Assembly: GCA_035530555.1 (NCBI GenBank) | Contig: DATKUR010000010.1 | Location: 1-62,762 of the forward strand | Length of the DNA: 62,762 nucleotides | Reading direction: 5' to 3' | Source of the DNA: Candidatus Humimicrobiaceae bacterium | Lineage (GTDB): Bacteria; Patescibacteriota; Minisyncoccia; Minisyncoccales; DG-74-1 | Shown here: positions 1 to 9,573 of the stretch, piece after piece | Layout: every line of letters begins with the position of its first letter | Numbering within the stretch: position 1 is the stretch's first letter | Position numbers and translations under genes: made by a program | Notes under the pieces: generated by a model | What the model saw: only the letters and a program-made list of their open reading frames with translations | The model's database searches: none | Told to the model about the DNA's origin: nothing

Positions 1-33
1 ACTTTTTACTTCACCTTGCCAATAAAACAATAA
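1..33 (+). CDS. 3' end of a sensor histidine kinase (partial, runs off the window start)
   Basis: Frame 1 reads TFYFTLPIKQ*, the typical last strand of a HATPase_c domain; directly upstream of a receiver-domain gene. Confidence 0.7.
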   Translation, partial: TFYFTLPIKQ

Positions 34-85
34 ACAGTCGATAAATTATTAGCTTAGAAGCGGATTTCTCCGTTCCTACAATAAT

Positions 86-454
86 ATGAAAAAAATTTTA
101 TTTGTTGAAGACGAATCAGCTCTCCAAAAGACTCTTGGCGAGATTTTAAAACAGGAAGGCTATGAAGTTACCCCTGCTTTAGACGGCGAAGTTGGATTAA
201 GATTAGCTAAGGACAAAAAACCCGATTTGATCCTGCTTGACCTGATTTTGCCAAAAATTCACGGCATTGATGTTTTAAGAAAGTTAAGAGAAGACAAAGA
301 AACAAAAGAAATACCGGTTATTGTTCTGACCAACCTGGGAGAGATAGAAAAGGTTAACAGGGCCGTCGAATTAGGAGCGACGACTTATTTGATAAAGGCT
401 CAATATACCTTAGAAGAAGTAGTAGAAAAAATTAAAAAAGCCTTAGGTGAATGA
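86..454 (+). CDS. Single-domain response regulator (CheY-like receiver)
   Basis: ILFVEDE, PDLILLDLILP (phosphoacceptor Asp), VIVLTN, YLIK motifs. Confidence 0.93.
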   Translation: MKKILFVEDESALQKTLGEILKQEGYEVTPALDGEVGLRLAKDKKPDLILLDLILPKIHGIDVLRKLREDKETKEIPVIVLTNLGEIEKVNRAVELGATTYLIKAQYTLEEVVEKIKKALGE

Positions 455-479
455 GGTCTTATAATTTAATATTACCACT

Positions 480-2228
480 ATGATGGTTGACCCCCAACAA
501 CTAAAAGCCTTTTTATTGGATGCCGGTTTAATTAACGGAGAGCAGTTTGATTTGGCATTAAAGAAAGCTGAAGTTAGCCATCAAAAAATTGGCGATGTTT
601 TAATTTCCCAAGGATTAATCAGCCAAGAAGAACTGGTTAAATTGGAGGCCTATATTTTAGGAATTCCTTTTGTTAATTTAGAGAAGGAAAAAGTTGACCC
701 TAAAGTTTTGAAAATAATCCCCGAGCCAATTGCCAGAAGCAATAATATTATTGCCTTTAGGAAAAAGGGACAGGAACTAGAAGTTGCCATGCTAGACCCG
801 GAAGATTTACGGACAATTGAATTCGTCAAAAAGACAACTCCTCTGAGAATTTTGCCCCGGCTGACTACCCAAGAAAGCATTAAAAACATCCTTCATCAAT
901 ATCAAAAAACTTTAGAAGCCGAATTCGGGGATATAATTAAGAGAGAAAGCGGAGTAATAACGTCAATTAAAGGAGATGAGGCGACAGAGGAGAAGGTCGA
1001 GCTGCGAAAGATGGCCGAAGAACTTCCGATTATTAGAATTGTTGAGACCTTGATTAAGCATGCTATCCTACAAAGGGCCTCGGATATTCATATTGAACCA
1101 ATGGAAAAAGAAGTGGTGGTGAGGTATCGAATTGACGGTGTTTTAAGAGATGCTATGACCTTGCCTAAAATTTCCGCTCCGGGAATTGTCGCTAGAGTAA
1201 AAGTTTTATCCAGTTTAAAATTAGACGAGCACCGGCTTCCTCAAGACGGCCGCTTTAAAATCGAGGCCGAAGATTATAAATATTCAATTCGTGTTTCAGT
1301 ATTACCTATCTTTGATGGTGAAAAAATTGTTATGCGTCTTTTATCGGAAAGTTCTAAAAGTCATACCTTAGAAGGAATTGGATTAAGGGGCGAGTCCTTA
1401 GAAAAGATTCAAGATAATTTGAGAAAGCCAGTGGGAATGCTTCTAGTGACTGGCCCTACCGGCTGTGGAAAAACCACTACCTTGTATGCTATGATGGAAA
1501 TTTTAAATGTTCCCGGAGTCAATATTTCCACCGTTGAAGACCCGGTTGAGTACCGCATGCCCAGAATCAATCAGACCCAAGTTAATCCTAAAATCGGACT
1601 GACTTTTGCCTCGGGGCTTAGATCTCTAGTCAGACAGGATCCTGATATTTTAATGGTTGGTGAAATTAGAGATAATGAAACTGCCGGGTTAGCCATTAAT
1701 GCCGCTTTAACGGGCCACATGGTTTTGTCAACTCTTCATACCAATTCGGCAGCCGGCGCTCTGCCTCGCTTGATTGACATGGAAGCTGAGCCATTTTTAA
1801 TCTCTTCTACCTTAAATTGCATTTTAGCGCAGAGATTAGTTAGAAAATTATGCGAAGATAAAGAAAAATATTATTTGAAAGAATCGGAAATAAAAGATTT
1901 GGCCCGACATTGCGATCTCGATAGAATTTTAGAAATCTTGAGAGAAGAAAAGTTGGCCAAACCAAAACAGCCTTTCAATAAGGTTACTTTTTATAGGCCA
2001 AAACCGGCCAAGGACTTCCCCGAGGGTTATAAGGGCAGAATTGGTATTTTTGAAGTTTTACCAGTTACTGAAACTATAAAAGACCTGATAGTCAGACAAG
2101 CCACTTCTGACCAGATCCAAGCTCAAGCTCAAAAAGAAGGGATGAGGACAATGATAGAAGATGGTTTTGTTAAGGCAGCCCAAGGGATAACAAGTATCGA
2201 GGAGGTACTTCGCGTCATCATCGAATAA
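480..2228 (+). CDS. pilB: Type IV pilus assembly ATPase, PilB/GspE family
   Basis: ASDIHIEP, RLPQDGR, Walker A GPTGCGKT, EDPVEY, RQDPD-GEIRD, His box GH..STLHTN. Confidence 0.92.
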   Translation: MMVDPQQLKAFLLDAGLINGEQFDLALKKAEVSHQKIGDVLISQGLISQEELVKLEAYILGIPFVNLEKEKVDPKVLKIIPEPIARSNNIIAFRKKGQELEVAMLDPEDLRTIEFVKKTTPLRILPRLTTQESIKNILHQYQKTLEAEFGDIIKRESGVITSIKGDEATEEKVELRKMAEELPIIRIVETLIKHAILQRASDIHIEPMEKEVVVRYRIDGVLRDAMTLPKISAPGIVARVKVLSSLKLDEHRLPQDGRFKIEAEDYKYSIRVSVLPIFDGEKIVMRLLSESSKSHTLEGIGLRGESLEKIQDNLRKPVGMLLVTGPTGCGKTTTLYAMMEILNVPGVNISTVEDPVEYRMPRINQTQVNPKIGLTFASGLRSLVRQDPDILMVGEIRDNETAGLAINAALTGHMVLSTLHTNSAAGALPRLIDMEAEPFLISSTLNCILAQRLVRKLCEDKEKYYLKESEIKDLARHCDLDRILEILREEKLAKPKQPFNKVTFYRPKPAKDFPEGYKGRIGIFEVLPVTETIKDLIVRQATSDQIQAQAQKEGMRTMIEDGFVKAAQGITSIEEVLRVIIE

Positions 2229-3442
2229 TGCCAAAGTATTCCTACACCGCTCAATCATCACAAGGGGAAAGCAAGTCTGGGGTCTTGGAAGCTAAGGATG
2301 AACACCAATTAGCCAGAATTCTCCGGCAGGAGGGCCTGATTTTAATTCGGGCTGAGCCAGGAGGAAAATTAGCTAAGAGAAATTTTGAGATTTCATTGCC
2401 CTCTTTCGGTGTTTCTCTTACCGAAAAACTCTTTTTCACGAGAAACCTCCGTGTAATGGTTTCTGCCGGCCTTCCTTTACCCAGAGCCTTGGAAACCTTA
2501 ACCAAGCAAGCCAAAAATAAGAAATTTAAAAATGCAATATTAAATATCCGGGAGGAGATTGTCAAAGGGAAAAGTTTTTCTGATTCTTTGACTAAATATC
2601 CGGATATTTTTTCCGAATTGTTCCAGAATATGGTTAGAGTGGGCGAGGAATCAGGTACTTTAGAAGGTGCTTTACAGACTTTAAGCCAGCAAATAGAAAG
2701 GGAATATGAGCTGAAGTCAAGGATTAAGGGCGCGATGATTTATCCAGCAGTAATTATTTGCGCTATGATCGGAATCGGTATTTTAATGCTAGTAATGGTT
2801 GTTCCTCAGCTGGCCCAAACGTTTGAAGAACTAGAGATTGAGCTGCCGCTGACAACTCAAATCGTTATTGGTATAGGCAATTTCTTAAAAGAGAAATGGT
2901 ACTTGGTAATTTTCATTATTTTCGTTTTAGCTTTTCTTCTCGGGCGAGCAGCCAAGACCGAAACTGGGAAAAGAATAATTGATAAACTGACTTTGAGGGC
3001 TCCGATTATTTCCCCGATTATCCGGAAAATCAATACCGCCTATACGACCAGGACTTTAAGTTCCTTGATAGCGGCCGGCGTGCCGATTATCAGGTCTTTG
3101 GAAATTACCTCAGGAACTTTGGGGAATATCTATTATAAATCAGCCATTACGACGGTAGCCGAGAGAGTGAAAAAGGGAGAAAAGATAGCGCAGGCCCTGG
3201 AGCCATATGAAAATATCTATCCTTCAATTGTTATCCAGATGGTGGCTGTTGGTGAAGAGACCGGCGAAACTTCAGGCATTTTAGCCCAATTAGCTGAGTT
3301 TTTTGAAGAAGAGGTTTCCAATGCCACTGAAAACTTAGCCACAGTCATTGAACCGGTGATTATGCTTATTATCGGTGCGGCAATTGGATTTTTTGCCGTC
3401 TCCATGATTCAACCGATGTACACTATGATCGGCGCAATCTAA
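2228..3442 (+). CDS. pilC: Type IV pilus platform protein, PilC/GspF family
   Basis: Two GspF repeats (GEESG, GEETG), MIYP, EP..I, three TM segments. Confidence 0.92.
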   Translation: MPKYSYTAQSSQGESKSGVLEAKDEHQLARILRQEGLILIRAEPGGKLAKRNFEISLPSFGVSLTEKLFFTRNLRVMVSAGLPLPRALETLTKQAKNKKFKNAILNIREEIVKGKSFSDSLTKYPDIFSELFQNMVRVGEESGTLEGALQTLSQQIEREYELKSRIKGAMIYPAVIICAMIGIGILMLVMVVPQLAQTFEELEIELPLTTQIVIGIGNFLKEKWYLVIFIIFVLAFLLGRAAKTETGKRIIDKLTLRAPIISPIIRKINTAYTTRTLSSLIAAGVPIIRSLEITSGTLGNIYYKSAITTVAERVKKGEKIAQALEPYENIYPSIVIQMVAVGEETGETSGILAQLAEFFEEEVSNATENLATVIEPVIMLIIGAAIGFFAVSMIQPMYTMIGAI

Positions 3443-3447
3443 GCGAT

Positions 3448-4326
3448 ATGAAAAGTTTCACTCTGATAGAAATTCTAATCGTTGTCGGGGTCTTGGCTAT
3501 TTTGATTGCCATGGCCTTTCCGGCCTTTCGTTCTTTTCAAGCCGAATCGGATTTAAACGATTCAGCCGACAAAATTATTAACACTTTGCGACTTGCCCAG
3601 AGCAAAACTTTAGCATCAGAGGGGGCCAGCCAGTGGGGGATTTATTTTTCAACTTCTACTATTCCCCATCAATATACTTTATTTCAGGGAGTAAATTACG
3701 CCTCCCGAGTCACTTCGTCTGACGAAGTTTACGACCTCCCTGAATCAGTTGAGATTTATGATATTAATTTAGTCGGAGAGCCGGAAGTGATTTTTGACCG
3801 GCTGATTGGCTCAACTGGCCAATTCGGTAACATTTCCCTAAGACTGAAAAGTGATCCTGCCAAAAACCAAATTATCTATATTGAAAACTCCGGCCAAGTC
3901 GGATTAACTATTCCTTCAGCTCCTTCGGATACGGGGCGCATAAAAGATTCTCGGCATGTCCATTTTGATTTGGGCTGGAGTATCCAGAATGCCACTACCG
4001 TGAAATTTGATTTCTCCGACATCCCTCAAATAGAAGAGGTTGACATGGCCGATTACTTTAACGTCGACAAAACAGAATTTGACTGGGAGGGCACATTTGT
4101 TGTTGGCGGCGTTGACCAGACCTTTCATATCCATACCCACTCTCTTGATGGCCTTAATACCTCTCTTTGTATTCATCGGGATCGGAATCAAGGAAAAAAT
4201 GACCAAAAAGTCGTAATTTATATTGTAGATAGCGATACGGACAAAGACATAGCCCGTTATTTGGCTGATACGAATGATACAATAATAAAAGGTTCTTTTG
4301 TTTTCGATGAAATGGAAAGACAATAA
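3448..4326 (+). CDS. Type IV pilin-like protein (minor pilin, FimT/GspH-like)
   Basis: N-terminal KS|FTLIEILIVVG prepilin motif. Confidence 0.8.
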   Translation: MKSFTLIEILIVVGVLAILIAMAFPAFRSFQAESDLNDSADKIINTLRLAQSKTLASEGASQWGIYFSTSTIPHQYTLFQGVNYASRVTSSDEVYDLPESVEIYDINLVGEPEVIFDRLIGSTGQFGNISLRLKSDPAKNQIIYIENSGQVGLTIPSAPSDTGRIKDSRHVHFDLGWSIQNATTVKFDFSDIPQIEEVDMADYFNVDKTEFDWEGTFVVGGVDQTFHIHTHSLDGLNTSLCIHRDRNQGKNDQKVVIYIVDSDTDKDIARYLADTNDTIIKGSFVFDEMERQ

Positions 4327-4798
4327 AAAGGGGATTTCAATAATAGAGATTTTGATAGTTATTGCCATTATTGTCATTGCTTTAAGCAGTCTTTTAGGCT
4401 TGATTGCTTTTTCTTTGAGGATTTCTAATTTGACAAAAGAAACTGCCCAGGCTAATAATTTGGCCCAGGAAACAATGGAGGCTGTTAGGAATTTTCGCGA
4501 CGGCACAGATTGGGATACGGACGGTCTGGGATTTTTAACTGCCGGAATTAGCTACTACCCCCAAAAATCAGGCGATAACCCGCCCAAATGGGAATTAGTT
4601 TCGGGAGAAGAGATAATAGACGGTTTTACCAGGAAGGTTGTTCTTGATGGGGTTTATAGAGATGCCAGTGATAATGATAATATTGTTGAAACAGGCGGGA
4701 CATCCGAATCCGACCCTAACACCAAAAAACTTACTACCACTATTTCCTGGAAAGACAAAGAAGTTGAAATAATTACTTATCTAACCAATTGGCGATGA
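4298..4798 (+). CDS. Type IV minor pilin (PilV-like); start may be 4307
   Basis: KKG|ISIIEILIV prepilin motif. Confidence 0.8.
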   Translation: MFSMKWKDNKKGISIIEILIVIAIIVIALSSLLGLIAFSLRISNLTKETAQANNLAQETMEAVRNFRDGTDWDTDGLGFLTAGISYYPQKSGDNPPKWELVSGEEIIDGFTRKVVLDGVYRDASDNDNIVETGGTSESDPNTKKLTTTISWKDKEVEIITYLTNWR

Positions 4799-4799
4799 A

Positions 4800-5342
4800 A
4801 TGAAACTCAATCAGCCGAAAACCAAAAAAACTGGTGCGGGGTTTACCTTAATAGAGACTTTAGTTTATATTGGAATTTTAGCTATTATCGTGACGGTTAT
4901 TTTTTCATTTCTCGTTTGGTCTGTTCGTTCAAGCACCAAAGCCAAGGTTATGAGAGAAACATCAGATAATGCCAGGCGGGCAATGGAAATTATGACTTAT
5001 GAAATAAGGGAAGCAAGAACTGTTTATACTCCGACAACCACTTCTACCCAGCTTTCTCTTGAAACCCTTTACTATTTACCAACAGGAGAAGATATCACCT
5101 ATATTGATTTCTATATCTGCGCGACCGGGACTCAGCTCTGCCTGAAGAAAGAATTTCAAAACCCCATCGCCCTAACCTCGGACAATGTCGAGGTAAGTAA
5201 TTTGGTGTTTAGTCGGGTTGTTACCGGTCAAATTCCCTCAGTCCAAATTGAATTAAAAATTGATTACAAAAACCTGAGTGGCCGGCCCGAATACCAGGCC
5301 TCGGTTGATTTAAAATCCGCTGTTTCTCTAAGAAATTATTAA
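4800..5342 (+). CDS. Type IV minor pilin (PilW-like)
   Basis: GAG|FTLIETLVY prepilin motif. Confidence 0.82.
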   Translation: MKLNQPKTKKTGAGFTLIETLVYIGILAIIVTVIFSFLVWSVRSSTKAKVMRETSDNARRAMEIMTYEIREARTVYTPTTTSTQLSLETLYYLPTGEDITYIDFYICATGTQLCLKKEFQNPIALTSDNVEVSNLVFSRVVTGQIPSVQIELKIDYKNLSGRPEYQASVDLKSAVSLRNY

Positions 5343-5343
5343 A

Positions 5344-6603
5344 ATGTTGTATTCGTCTTCAAATCAAAAAGGATTTGCCGCGCTTGTTATCACTCTTATA
5401 ATTCTAGGAGTAATGTTTTTGATTGCCATGCCCCTGATTGTTTTGATTTTGGGGCAACAAAAGATTGTTGGAAATCTTACCAAATCAAACCAAGCCTATT
5501 TTGCTGCCGAAGCCGGTATAGAGGATGCGCTTTTGCGCCTGAAAAACGGTATGCAGCGAACTAGTCCTTATTCGTTTTCAGTGGAAAATGCAACGGTTGA
5601 AATTGTCATTTCTGATCTTATTTCTTGGGCGAGAACAGTTACTGCTACGGGCGATGCCGCCGGTCGTTTTCGTAAGATTCAAGTATCTTACGAGCTTTCT
5701 GGTTCTGCGCCGGGATTGCATTATGGAGCGCAAATTGGAGAAGGAGGGCTGGTTATGGACGGCGAATCTGAAGTGGTTGGTAATGTCTTTTCCAATGGAA
5801 ACGTAAACCTTAAGCAGCCGAACTCAAAAATTCTTGAGACCCTTGTTATTGCCGGTGACGATAAAAAACTTTACGGCAAGGGGACTGTTGGAGGAAATGC
5901 CTATGCGGATATTTGCGAAGGTGAGACTTCGGGCAATATGATTACTGTTGTTGAAGAGCTCTACGCTAACGATGTTACTAATTGCACTTCTGCTTTTCTT
6001 AGTAATCTTGATCCTCTTATAGACCCTGTACCTCTTCCTATTGATGACTTACAGATTGAAGATTGGAAGCAAGAGGCAGCAGCCGGGGGACCAACGGGAG
6101 CTTACAGTATAACTAGTGGTAGCGACTCTCTTGGGCCGGTCAAGGTTGACGGAGATCTTGAAGTTGATGGTGCCGAGTTAATAATTACGGGAACTATTTG
6201 GGTAACAGGAAATATTACGATAAGAAATCCCTTAACGCGAGTACATCTGGCTTCCTCATATGAGTCAGCAAGCGGAGCGATAATAGGGGATAATCTTATT
6301 AGCTTGCAGGGGGGTTCGGATTCTTATGGTTCGGGCGAGCCCGGAAGCTATCTTATGTATATTTCTACCTCTGCTGCAAATCCTGCGATTATTATAGAAA
6401 ATGCTACAAAAGCAGATATCTTGTACTCGAATACTGGATGGATTACTATATCGCAGAGCACTAATATGAAGTCGGCAAACGCTTATGGTATTAACGTAGC
6501 TAACAATAGCGGACTCATCTATGAATTTGGAATCGAGAACGCGTTCTTTACATCGGGGCCGAGCGGGGGCTGGATAGTAACCAGCTGGCGGGAAATTGAA
6601 TAA
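5344..6603 (+). CDS. PilX-like minor pilin with beta-rich C-terminal domain
   Basis: KG|FAALVITL without Glu5, QAYFAAEAGIEDAL motif, C-terminal SWRE. Confidence 0.78.
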   Translation: MLYSSSNQKGFAALVITLIILGVMFLIAMPLIVLILGQQKIVGNLTKSNQAYFAAEAGIEDALLRLKNGMQRTSPYSFSVENATVEIVISDLISWARTVTATGDAAGRFRKIQVSYELSGSAPGLHYGAQIGEGGLVMDGESEVVGNVFSNGNVNLKQPNSKILETLVIAGDDKKLYGKGTVGGNAYADICEGETSGNMITVVEELYANDVTNCTSAFLSNLDPLIDPVPLPIDDLQIEDWKQEAAAGGPTGAYSITSGSDSLGPVKVDGDLEVDGAELIITGTIWVTGNITIRNPLTRVHLASSYESASGAIIGDNLISLQGGSDSYGSGEPGSYLMYISTSAANPAIIIENATKADILYSNTGWITISQSTNMKSANAYGINVANNSGLIYEFGIENAFFTSGPSGGWIVTSWREIE

Positions 6604-6622
6604 AAAGCTAAAATAAAAAATA

Positions 6623-7816
6623 ATGTTAGAATTCCTTGATTTAAAACCAGAGGCGTTCGGGTTGGATATTTCCGACTTATCTTTAAAAATTGCCAAGCTC
6701 AAACAGAGAGGGAAATTTTATCATTTAGCTTCTTTTGGCGAGGAAAAAATAAAACCGGGAATAATCAAAGAAGGAGAGGTAAAAGACAGAGAGAAATTAG
6801 CGGAAATTATTAAAACAGCTATAAAAAAAGTAAAAGGTGAGAAATTAAAAACAAAATATGTTGTTGCTTCTTTGCCCGAGGAAAAGTCTTTTTTACAAAT
6901 GATCCAGATGCCAAGGATGTCAGAAGAGGATTTAAAATCAGCCGTTATTTATGAAGCAGAAAATTATATTCCCCTGCCAATTGAAGAAGTTTATTTAGAC
7001 TCCCAAATTATTCCTCCGGCCTACGATCATTCGGACAAGTTTAGTGTTCTTTTGGCTGCTCTGCCCAGGAAAATAGTTGATTCTTATTTATTTTCTTTTA
7101 AAAAAGCCGGATTGCAACCTAAGGCCTTAGAAGTAGAATCTTTGTCTGTTGTCCGCGCTTTGATAAAAGATGAAGTTACCGCTTCTCCCGTTCTTGTGAT
7201 TGATTTGGGAGAAAGCCGAACCACTTTTATTGTCTTTGCCGAACATGCCCCAAGGTTTACTTCTTCTATTGCTGTCTCTTCCGGAAGTTTCAATAAAATT
7301 ATTGCTAAAAATTTAGGAGTAAGTTTGACAGAAGCTGAAGGGTTGAAGATGAAATATGGCTTGGAAGAAAGAGTTGAATTTAAAATTAAAGACAGGGAAA
7401 CAGAAGTAAAGAAAGGACAGGGGAAAATTTTTGAGGCTTTAGTTCCAGCCTTAGTTGATTTAATTCAGCAAATTAGAAGACACTTGGAATATTATCAAAC
7501 CCATACTGTCTATGAGCAGCCATGTCTTAATAATAAAGGGGTGACGAAAATTTTGCTTTGCGGAGGTGGGGCCAACTTAAAAGGGCTAAAAGAACTTCTC
7601 GCGCTGGAATTAAGGATTCCGGTGGAAATCGCGGATCCTTGGATCAATATTCTGCCTGAAGGCCAAAGAGAGATACCAGGATTATCAGCCGAGAAGTCAT
7701 TAAGCTATACAACAGCATTAGGTCTGGCGTTACGAGGGATAAAAACGGAACAATACGGAAAGCTACGCGGAAAAAAACGGGAAAAGCAGCCTAAATCCGC
7801 TTCTACAAAAATATGA
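6623..7816 (+). CDS. pilM: Type IV pilus assembly protein PilM (actin-like)
   Basis: FGLDIS, EAENYIP, VIDLG, LCGGGA, TALGLALR. Confidence 0.9.
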   Translation: MLEFLDLKPEAFGLDISDLSLKIAKLKQRGKFYHLASFGEEKIKPGIIKEGEVKDREKLAEIIKTAIKKVKGEKLKTKYVVASLPEEKSFLQMIQMPRMSEEDLKSAVIYEAENYIPLPIEEVYLDSQIIPPAYDHSDKFSVLLAALPRKIVDSYLFSFKKAGLQPKALEVESLSVVRALIKDEVTASPVLVIDLGESRTTFIVFAEHAPRFTSSIAVSSGSFNKIIAKNLGVSLTEAEGLKMKYGLEERVEFKIKDRETEVKKGQGKIFEALVPALVDLIQQIRRHLEYYQTHTVYEQPCLNNKGVTKILLCGGGANLKGLKELLALELRIPVEIADPWINILPEGQREIPGLSAEKSLSYTTALGLALRGIKTEQYGKLRGKKREKQPKSASTKI

Positions 7817-8340
7817 TTAACTTGTTACCGCCCGAACATAAGGAGGAATTAAAAGAGGAAGAAAGCCTAAAGCTAGCCTTAACTTTGGGAATAATTATCT
7901 TAGCTTTCTTGGTCTCTCTGATTTTGATTTTATTTTCAATAAAAATTTCTCTTTTAGCCGATTTAGATGTTCAAGAATCTTATATCGAACAAGAACAAGA
8001 AAGGCTAAAAATCCCAGAGATGCAAGAGTTAAGGGCAAAAATTCAGGAAAACAATTTAATTCTTTCTAAATTAGAAGCTTTTTATCAGGACCAATCCGAT
8101 CTAATATTACTATTAGAAAAGATTTCCCGAGCTTTTCCTGAGAAGATTTATTTGACAAGCTTCAATCTTAAATCTCAGACTTCTCAAGTCTCTCTAACTG
8201 GTTTTTCTCCTACTTGTGAGATGTTGCTCCAGTTTAAGGGAAATCTGGAAAAAACTGAGGGCTTAAAAGAAATTGTTTTTCCGTCCGATACTTGGTTTCA
8301 AGATACCAATATTAACTTTTTAGTAAGCTTTAAAATATGA
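7813..8340 (+). CDS. pilN: PilN-like alignment protein
   Basis: MINLLP N-terminus, one TM, coiled coil; follows pilM. Confidence 0.78.
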   Translation: MINLLPPEHKEELKEEESLKLALTLGIIILAFLVSLILILFSIKISLLADLDVQESYIEQEQERLKIPEMQELRAKIQENNLILSKLEAFYQDQSDLILLLEKISRAFPEKIYLTSFNLKSQTSQVSLTGFSPTCEMLLQFKGNLEKTEGLKEIVFPSDTWFQDTNINFLVSFKI

Positions 8341-8903
8341 CGCTTAAGAGAAAGATTATCGTCTCAACAGTGTTTTTCTTAATTCTAAGTATTTTACTTA
8401 TTGTTTTTGTAGTTTCTCCACTCTTTTCGGAAATTAAAAAAATTTCTCTTAATTTCCCCGCCCAAAAACAAAACCTAGCGACTTTTAAAAAAGAAGTGGA
8501 AAATTTGCAAAAATTTAAAAAAATTTGGCCGGAAACCTCACTCGATTTAAAAAAGATAAACCAGCTTTTTATTGATGACCCGAAAGTGCCGATTGATTTT
8601 AGGCATTTTTGGGAGAAAACCGCCCAAGATTCCGGAGTTTATCTTAAAATGTCCCCGGCAAATTTATCTCAGACGGCTGATACGGATCCCTGGCCATCTA
8701 TTGTATTCAACTTTACCTCAGTCGGTTCCTTTTCCAACCTCTTAAATTTTTTGGAAAAATTGCAGTCAAGTGATTATTTAATTGAGATCCAAGACTTTAA
8801 TATTACCAGATTAACCGAGGCCGAACTAAGGTCTCCGGAATTTAAACAATTTTCTTTGGGTGATACCAGGGCCGTCATTTTGATAAAAGTCTATACTAAA
8901 TAA
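8337..8903 (+). CDS. pilO: PilO-like alignment protein
   Basis: One TM, coiled coil, GSFSNLLNFLEKL motif; follows pilN. Confidence 0.75.
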   Translation: MTLKRKIIVSTVFFLILSILLIVFVVSPLFSEIKKISLNFPAQKQNLATFKKEVENLQKFKKIWPETSLDLKKINQLFIDDPKVPIDFRHFWEKTAQDSGVYLKMSPANLSQTADTDPWPSIVFNFTSVGSFSNLLNFLEKLQSSDYLIEIQDFNITRLTEAELRSPEFKQFSLGDTRAVILIKVYTK

Positions 8904-9310
8904 TGAACCTTCCAAGAATCAGAATAAGAAAAAATAAAGGATCGCTAAAAAGATTACTTTTAAGTTTAGGAGAAAGAGCTTTTTTGGTTTTTTTGGGGTT
9001 ATTGGCTATAGCCTTGATTTTCGGCGTGATTATTTATTACCAATATAATATCTTAGCTAAAAAAGAAGAATCGCAAGCTCTTAAAGAACCCCTCCAGTTT
9101 CAGGAGGAAACCTATCAGAATGTCTTTAGAATTTGGCAAGAAAGAGAAAAAAAATTTAGAGAAGCTGACTCGAAGGAATATCCCAATCCTTTCAGGGTTG
9201 AACAATTTAAAGAAGCTATTTTAGAAGAGCCCTCTGGTTCTTCTGGGGTTGCTCAAGAAGAAACTGGCTTAGAAGAATCTCCTGATTCTTCTAATGTTGA
9301 CCAAGAATAA
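8903..9310 (+). CDS. Single-TM protein in the PilP position
   Basis: TM segment and YPNPF motif after pilO; acidic tail. Confidence 0.6.
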   Translation: MNLPRIRIRKNKGSLKRLLLSLGERAFLVFLGLLAIALIFGVIIYYQYNILAKKEESQALKEPLQFQEETYQNVFRIWQEREKKFREADSKEYPNPFRVEQFKEAILEEPSGSSGVAQEETGLEESPDSSNVDQE

Positions 9311-9355
9311 AATTTTAGATAGAATAGCTTGGTCGATATCATCACAGATTTTTAT

Positions 9356-9430
9356 GCCCCTGTAGCTCAATGGATAGAGTACCTCCCTTCTAAGAAGGTG
9401 ATGGAAGTTCGATTCTTCCCAGGGGCACCA
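9356..9430 (+). tRNA. tRNA-Arg(TCT)
   Basis: Cloverleaf GCCCCTG/CAGGGGC, loop CT-TCT-AA, TTCGA T loop, encoded CCA. Confidence 0.93.
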
Positions 9431-9431
9431 T

Positions 9432-9503
9432 GGTGGCTATGGTGTAATGGCAGCACTAGAGTTTGTGGAACTCTCAGTGGCAGTTCGAATCTGCTTAGCC
9501 ACC
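9432..9503 (+). tRNA. tRNA-His(GTG)
   Basis: G-1:C73 identity pair, AGAGT-TTGTGGA-ACTCT anticodon arm. Confidence 0.93.
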
Positions 9504-9533
9504 CTTCAATAAACTCAGGGTAAGCCCAATTTA

Positions 9534-9558
9534 AAAACAGCCATTTTAGGCTGTTCTT
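9534..9558. terminator. Intrinsic terminator between convergent tRNA and htrA-like units
   Basis: AACAGCC-ATTTTA-GGCTGTT hairpin flanked by A- and T-rich tracts. Confidence 0.6.
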
Positions 9559-9573
9559 ATGTTTAAATGTCTT

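Noticed and set aside
9329..9523. 64-aa ORF
   Set aside because: Overlaps tRNA-Arg and tRNA-His; translation of tRNA sequence
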